Shown piece by piece: positions 57,401-64,000 of a DNA stretch of 64,000 nucleotides (position 1 is the stretch's first letter; each line of letters begins with the position of its first letter). A program made the position numbers and the translations under genes. Origin of the DNA: Callorhinchus milii. Lineage: Eukaryota. The stretch is taken from positions 5,642,001 to 5,706,000 of the forward strand of contig NW_024704751.1 of assembly GCF_018977255.1 (NCBI RefSeq), read 5' to 3'. Below the pieces are notes generated by a model, which had not been told where the DNA came from, did no database searches, and was given only the letters and a program-made list of their open reading frames with translations.

Positions 57401-60384
57401 CAAACACGAGCTCGAGCCTCTGGCTCGCAGTTACCTTGTCGGAGAGGCCCGTCAGCACCATGGCGTGGTTCATCATTGAGTCGCCAAACATCAGCCTCTC
57501 CGCCTTGCTGAGGTTCCTCATCGAAACGCCAAGCAGCAGCTCTTGGTTGAGTCTGCAAACACACACGAGGCACCGTTCCTTCTGTAAATTTACTGCCAAG
57601 TGTTAAGTCTATTAAGTGTTAACCCCCCCCACCCACCACAGTATCGTTCTGTGACAATCACAACACAATACAAATATAATAATAATCCTTGTGTTTGATA
57701 ACAGCACCGTTATCACGTCGTTGAGACGTCTCAAAGCGCTTCACAGAATACATTATGAAGTGGACTGACTGCCTAGTTTGTGGCAGCCAATTGCGCATAG
57801 CAGCGTTCCCGCAAACAGTCGTGGAGTGAGTGACTTTTTTTTCTGGAAGGATTATTACCCTTGGAAAGCGATCCGCCAATCGACTAACAACCGGGTTCCT
57901 GCTTACTGCGAGGTAAACCGAGGCGTGTGGAGTAAGGAAACTTGCTTAAGGTTTCGCCCCGCCCAGGAATCGAACCCGGGTCCTCTCGCTTGCGAGGCGA
58001 GGGCTCTAACCACTACATAACAGGATTCCATTTTGTAAATTTACCCTGTAAGCATTAGTCTAACTCCCAGTATGATTTTGAAACAATCGCAACACAACAG
58101 AAATTTACATTTACACAGCGCCTTTCACGCCAGGCGGACATCCCAAAGCGCTTTACAATAATGGCTTGGACCCGGGTTGGAAGTGGGAGCCAAGGGTGGG
58201 ATGCGGAGGGAAAGATGACCAAAGGCGCGACGGAAAGAGGTAGGTCTTGAGACAGAGCTTGAATTGCGCATATTGTAAAGGATATTGTTCTGCTTTTCGG
58301 TACTTACAAATTCAGGTCACTGATGCCCAACTTGCTGTAAAACTGTTTGTCTATGTCACATCCAAACCAAACTGGCTAAGGAGGAGGAAAGAGAACATAG
58401 TAATATTCTGTTAGCGTTCTGAGAAAGAGAGGCGTCTTGTGATTGATGAGTTTAATAACAGTAGTAGTAGTAATACTACTACTAATAAAAATCCTTGCAT
58501 TCGTCATAAATTAGAAGCTGGTTTACACACGGCTTCGAAGAAAAACAAACGTCCTCCAAATTAGAAATAAATTAAAAGGCTGCCCACAGCTAAAATGTTT
58601 AAGGTACAATATTTAAGGTCTTGCAGGCTAAAACCGGGTGGAATTTTAAACCGCCTATTTAAGGCACTTCCTTCCATCAGATTTCTACACAAGCCAGTCG
58701 CTCCGTCAACGACTCGCTTAGAAAACAGCTTGATGTGAGAACGGCAAGGGGATGCTCTGGAGATTGAGATCGGTAATTACGAAGGGCTTTCTTTATCCAA
58801 CCGATCTTGTAATTGATGTTATTTAACATTGTAGCATTGTGCTTCACAGCTGTGTTAGTTTTACGTCAGCCGGGAGTCTGACACACGCGGAAACTCATCA
58901 CCGTTGCTTAAGAGTAACCAAACCCAACTGAGAATTCCATGCATCCCACCTCCACATGGAAATTCCAGAGATGGGCTGTCGGAATGGAATGTGCATTCTC
59001 TCTCTCTCTCTCCCTGGAGGGACACATCCTGCTTACCTAATTCTGGAAAGTATTAGGAGCAGGTTAGCAAGAGCCAAGGCTTTGGGGGCAACCAAAGTGG
59101 CTGCTCACAAAAATGCACAGTCCCTGCTTTACAGTAAAATCCTGTGAAGCGCTTTGAGACATCCTCCTGACGTTGTATCAAATGCGAGGATTAATTACAG
59201 TAAAACTCGCAGGAGTCTTCTCTTTATCAATGCTACGATCGCCTAAGCCTCCCATGCACCTGTGCCCCATCCAGTTTCTTACCAACAAAACACTTAAGAT
59301 TTCTTCGTCCCAGTCATATTTTAATCGATCGACTCGTATCTTAACTCCGCACGTGCACTTACTGGCTGCACCGATTCGTGGGGAAACAAGAGTCCTGACC
59401 CGTCGCCGCACCCACGGGCGGTGAAGAGTATTGATCGAATCACGGCTTACCCGCGTTTGCCTGTGACTCATGCTTTCACGTAAAGTCGCACGAAATCTTA
59501 CGGTCCTGACCCAGAAGGACTCCCGCGAGTTTTACGGTGTTATTGTCGGGACTGATGCCATGGAAGCTACAAACCTCTCCGTCCTTGATGGATGCAGCGG
59601 CTGCTTTCTTCAGCGTTTCAACGGGCTGATTGTTGTACAGACACTTCCGCCCGTTCACCATATTGCTCAGGAAGTCCACAGTGTACAGCTTTCCATAGGG
59701 GTTGGACGGTCTCGGGTCGTTGACCAGGCAGACCTGCAAAACAAGCAGCAGCGTTTCGTTACAGAGTTTTTAAAAAAAACATATCGATCCATAACCCTCG
59801 CACTTGATACGAAGCCTTTCACGTCAGAGGGAACCGTCTTAAAGCGCTTCACGGGGATTTGCTGTAAAGTGCAGCGACTGTGTATCTTGCAGCCGATCGC
59901 GGAAGCAAACTGACGCATGGCGACGGCCCACAAGCAGCCCAGGGAGCGAGTGAGCAATTTTATCTGCAGGGGATTCCAGGCCGGGTCACTGGGAGAGAAA
60001 CTCCCTTCTTCTTTGCTTAAGCTCCACCTGAACAGGCGGGCGGGATCTTAGTTTAATTGGACTAGACTACAGACAACTGAACCCAAGGCCTCAGCGGCAG
60101 ACAAGTTAGGCACGGTCGAAGAGGAAGGTCTTAAGACGCGGTCTAGTTCCAGCAAGGGCAGAGAGAAACAGAAGATGCAACAACAGATGCAATAGAGAGA
60201 GAGAGAGAGAGCGCGGGATCGTTCTTACCTTGTCTTCCATGTTGAAAAGTGGCTTGACATGCTCCTTGTAGAAGTTCAGAGGGGTGATCTCCCCAATCTT
60301 TTTGTAGTTCTTTTCTTTGTCCCTGTACTCCCACGTGAAGGTTGCGGGAGGGGTGCCCAGGCAAATATTAACTACCCTGAACAC
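51260..60384 (-). CDS. BLMH: Bleomycin hydrolase (C1B cysteine peptidase), 3' part; complement(join(51260..51408,55540..55609,57435..57552,58308..58375,59575..59733,60229..60384)); 5' exons lie beyond the window
   Basis: Six in-frame GT-AG exons with FTWEYRDK, LVNDPRP, VWFGCD, catalytic His (NHAM), catalytic Asn (WRVENSWG) and terminal LPAWDPMGTLA. Confidence 0.96.
51557..51824 (-). mobile_element. SINE family A, 5'-truncated
   Basis: Tail, body and B box; A box missing. Confidence 0.85.
52495..52875 (+). mobile_element. SINE family B (DeuSINE-like), near full-length
   Basis: Head tggctcagttggt...gagtcagaaggttgtgggttcaagccc, core and tail. Confidence 0.8.
55024..55310 (-). mobile_element. 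SINE family A, long form, head missing
   Basis: Tail and internal segment match the other copies. Confidence 0.75.
55540..55609 (-). CDS. BLMH: BLMH exon with the catalytic Asn (DEKEGDFLKWRVENSWGEESGNK)
   Basis: 70 bp, ccccag| and |gtaggt. Confidence 0.94.
57435..57552 (-). CDS. BLMH: BLMH exon with the catalytic His (...GDSMMNHAMVLTG...)
   Basis: 118 bp, ttgcag| and |gtaact. Confidence 0.94.
57677..58029 (-). mobile_element. tRNA-derived SINE family A, full-length, long form
   Basis: ggaatcgaacc B box on +, long internal segment, tail. Confidence 0.9.
58308..58375 (-). CDS. BLMH: BLMH exon (PVWFGCDIDKQFYSKLGISDLN)
   Basis: 68 bp, cttag| and |gtaagt; missed by the ORF track. Confidence 0.93.
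59198..59537. mobile_element. Non-autonomous TIR element (MITE), copy 2, opposite orientation
   Basis: TA|CAGTAAAACTCGCAGGAGTC ... GACTCCCGCGAGTTTTACGG|TG, 18/20 inverted match; internal homology to copy 1. Confidence 0.75.
59575..59733 (-). CDS. BLMH: BLMH exon (VCLVNDPRP...SIKDGE)
   Basis: 159 bp, ttgcag| and |gtttgt. Confidence 0.94.
60229..60384 (-). CDS. BLMH: BLMH exon (VFRVVNICLG...FNMEDK)
   Basis: 156 bp, ttgcag| and |gtaaga. Confidence 0.94.
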
Positions 60385-62919
60385 CTGCAAAAAGAGAACA
60401 ACTCGTACGTTCAAATAAATACCTCCAACTCTGCGATCGGCAAGAAATGCAGCCGCAGGTTTGGTTGAAGAAAAGTCCCTTTGGCCCATCTGATCACATC
60501 CCTCCAGTTCACCCACCCTCATCACTGCAATGAGTAGCTTTTCAATTGAGTCCAGTGTCCTGGCCTCGACCACCTTTCCCGGTGACTGGTTCCAGTCTTT
60601 TTAATTACCTTCTGGCTAAAGGACAAACTTCCTAGTGTCTGTCCTGAAATTGCCCCTCACAATTCTAAACCCATGTGCTCTTGTCCTACTGTCTTGATGA
60701 CACCCAAAAAAACGTTTTTAAAAAAAAATTTATGGACGTTCAATCCACGACCGTCTGTGGGGATGCGACTGCGCATAATTGGCTGCCGCGATTCTCCCAC
60801 AAAATATACAGTCGATTCACTTCGCAGTGTATCCCGTGAAGAGCTTTGAGACGCCTCGAAGACCTGATAAGGCGCTGCATCAAATGCAAGGATTATTATT
60901 ATTATAAAATGTTGACATGGGTTTACCCTTTCCATCCCATTTAAAATTTCGTACGTCTCTATGAGGTCCTCCAGTTTCTCTAGTTGATGCTCATCGCTCT
61001 AACACTGGGGATCAGCCTTGTTGCCCCCTCAGTTGTTTGAACAGGCCTTTGATTTCCCTGTAAATCTATTGTTTCTCCTTCATGTGGGTACACAGCCCCT
61101 GCCCCAGCCCCCTCCTCTCTCTCACTCACTCACTCTCGCTCACACACACACACACACAAAAATTATTAACTGACGTCTGATCTCATTGCTGGCGGAAATT
61201 AGACTGTCTGAGTAAACTAGTGTCGTTACACTTCAAAGCAGCTCACTGCGTCAATATTTTGAGACATTTCGACACGATAAGCTTTGTACCCAAGAATTCT
61301 TTTCTTGGGAAGACAGGAATAAAAACGAGTGTTTAAAAATATCTGCGGAACACTGGACTCCTTGTCGGGAACTGTCGGGAGGAGGAAATGTGCTCACATT
61401 GAAAGGAAAACACTGAAATAGCACCGGCTAAATGTTTTGCGTTCAATGGCACTAGGTTTCTGTAACAGGAAAGCGTTCATTCTTATTAGAATTTCCTATT
61501 AAAAAAAATTTAGGAGGTGTCTTACGAAACTCGGCTGACCAAAAAAAAAAGTCTTACAACAACAATAAAAAATTGCATTTGCATAGCGCCTTTCACGTCG
61601 GGAGGAAGTCCCAAAGCGTTGGACAGTCGAGGATTTACACCGTACAATCCGTGACCGTCCAGCACCGCAGCCGTTGGTACAAAGTACGTCAACGAGCCTT
61701 CGCATTTAATATGGTACCTTTCGGGCAGGACAGAGTCTTGCAATATTTTGTGTAAATCATTATGGAGCAATGCTTGTATCCCAGATCGGCTACGATTTCC
61801 GAACGTCGGAACTTTGGGATCTGAAGCGCTTTGAACTTGAGGGGAAAATAATTTCCGGAGTCCTCACCCTTCGTTTCGTGGAGCGGGTTTGGGCGTGTAT
61901 GTGACGGTGTGTGTGTGTGTGTGCGCACGTGTGTGTTTGTGTGTATGTGTTCTTATAATCTGTGTTACCGCTTGACATTATGCAGTGGGCTGGAGGGGGG
62001 GGGGGGGGGGGAGATAAAAAAGGGACTTTATCGTAAAATCTTTATCCCCTTTCATGTCTGCATGCATAGCCAGAGACATTAACTTATGCCTTGTTAATGT
62101 CATCCCGAATCCTGTTTTGACAAATGGCACTGACCCATTGAAAGAAAAGTACACAGTGGGTAAACTGCTCCAATGGTTATTGCAACGTCAATTAATGTCA
62201 CTCCTAATATTGACATCAAATGGCTGATCCCACTCCTCCCTTGATCCCACGCAAACGTGGAATCAAAATCTAATAGTCGGGTCTTCAAATATTCCCCGGT
62301 TTCTCTTTTATTTATTGCAAGTCCGAGAGGATCTAATTCCATCGGTGAGATTAAGTTAAGAATTCAATTTGAGCTGAGCATGGCAAGGCTCTCGGTAAGA
62401 AATGACAAGTGCGATAAAAATGGACACAAACCAGGCGGTTCACATTCAAAGCGTTGTCACTGGGTCTGGTGGAACCCTCCCTCGCACCGTCGACAGACGA
62501 GGAATCAAAGGTTTGCCTCGTTAACAATGATATTAAATCCTTGCATTTGATGACGTTTCACGCCCGGAGAACGCCTGGAAGTGCTTCGCGGGATTTGCTG
62601 TGAAGCGCAGTGACGGTGCGTTCTTGCCTGCGGACGTGGCAGCCAATTTGCGCGCAGGAGTCTTTCTCCCCGCCCCCCACCCCCGCACAGCGCTGCGTTG
62701 TGAGTTCAATGCCACCCCCCCGCCCCCACCCCCGACGTGGGGCCTTGCCCAAGATGAAAGGACAGAACTTCAGATCGATCCACTGCTTCGCATCCCCTGT
62801 GTGTCATATCTCCTAACACCTGTAACTGTGCTGTAAACAGCTAGCTCGCATCAAGTGTCTTTCCCTCCGTGTGCACAACAGTACGTGACGCACGATAACT
62901 TAACCGGCAGGTTTTGGTG

Positions 62920-63242
62920 TCAGCGTGGCTCAGTGGGGAGCATTCTCGCCTCCGAGTCAGAAGGTTGTGGGTTCAAACCCAACATCGGGATGTTTTTTGA
63001 GCTCGTATCGTCCAGCACGACACCTCAGTGCGGCGCTGAGGACTCGCTGCATTGCCAGAGGTCCCTCTGGCTGCCTGTTCCGGTGGACGTTACAAATCCC
63101 GCGGTGTCCTGGCTGGACAATTCCCCAGATAAAGCTGATCGTCCGCTTCAAGGGCAGTTTCTGGGACATTGACATGCGCAAATATTAAGCGTTCTGAGAC
63201 GTCGGGCAGACACAAGGAGGCGCCGTATCAAATGCAAGGATT
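62920..63242 (+). mobile_element. SINE family B (DeuSINE-like), near full-length
   Basis: Same head, core and ...aaatgcaaggatt tail; further fragments at about 27765-28040, 44145-44280, 45085-45220, 45890-46150, 46715-46985 and 48330-48450. Confidence 0.8.
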
Positions 63243-64000
63243 GTTACGCCGATGGCGGAATGCGAACATCAAATGCGTGGATTATCTTTGTTAAAACGAG
63301 ATGAAACAAAATGAACAAGTATGTGCAAGGTTTGGGGAAAAAAAATATCCCCAGGATATTTATATCTATTTACGAGCTGAAAGCAGAACTTTCCTTTCTT
63401 CCAGTACAAAAGGGGAGAATAACTGTGTACATGAAACGAAGAGATGTCTGTGCATGGATTCCTTTGAAAGGCTTGCTACTCAAACACCATTCAAAGCACC
63501 AAATGGGACGTGCCCCCAAGTTGAACCCGAACGAACGCAATCCGTGTGGTTTTCTTTTCCGAAAACGGTTCAAAAGATTTAACGTTGTTTACGTGCCAGG
63601 TGACGGACCGACACAGGTGCGCTTGCACTGCAGAATTTGTCGCTCGATCCATTGTGTCTGTGCCGTCTCTTTTAAGAGCAATCCTTTCAGTCCCATTTGC
63701 CTTTCCCCCACGCCCGGTGGAATTTCACGTAGCGTAGAAAAGGCGTAAGGTACCAGCTGAGACAAAGACTGACCTACAGCTGCCCATTGTCCGAGGACAC
63801 AACTAAATGAATAATAATAATAATAATCCTTGCATTTCATATAGCGCTTTTTCACATCTTCTAGACTTCTCATAGCGCTTTACAGAATAGTCTGTAAAGT
63901 GAATTGACTGTATATTTGTGGGCAAAAATTGCGCACTGCAGTTCCGACTTCAGCTCTGGGTACACTGTAGTTTTGGCCTCAAGCTCAACCATTGTGAGGC

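Noticed and set aside
2800-63900. Dozens of recurring gagacgtctcaaagcgcttcacag motifs resembling a CRISPR or regular array
   Set aside because: Irregular spacing and both orientations; they are dispersed SINE 3' tails in eukaryotic DNA
60385-64000. Further BLMH exons upstream of 60384
   Set aside because: No segment matching the preceding BLMH sequence was recognised; treated as intron

Overview
Vertebrate genomic DNA, not prokaryotic. The SINE/L2/CR1 repeat content suggests a cartilaginous fish, probably a holocephalan such as Callorhinchus (inference). The window holds the conserved NSRP1 (+) / SLC6A4 (-) / BLMH (-) block. Exons were mapped by hand from GT-AG sites and frame continuity: NSRP1 coding exons 2-7 (exon 1 not seen), the complete 13-exon SLC6A4 serotonin transporter CDS (661 aa), and the last six BLMH exons. 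Introns are dense in tRNA-derived SINEs, Deu-domain SINEs, L2/CR1 fragments and microsatellites, and almost all other ORF-track entries are spurious. I found no new multi-gene system. The best leads are: a SERT with an intact frame but many substitutions at normally conserved or drug-binding residues; a BLMH whose stop codon sits at the mature, self-trimmed C-terminus; two copies of a TA-flanked TIR element (MITE); a 67-bp hairpin beside an NSRP1 acceptor; a nested 54-bp palindrome; and a uORF overlapping the SERT start. Human residue numbers and exon sizes are recalled from memory and need confirming by alignment.
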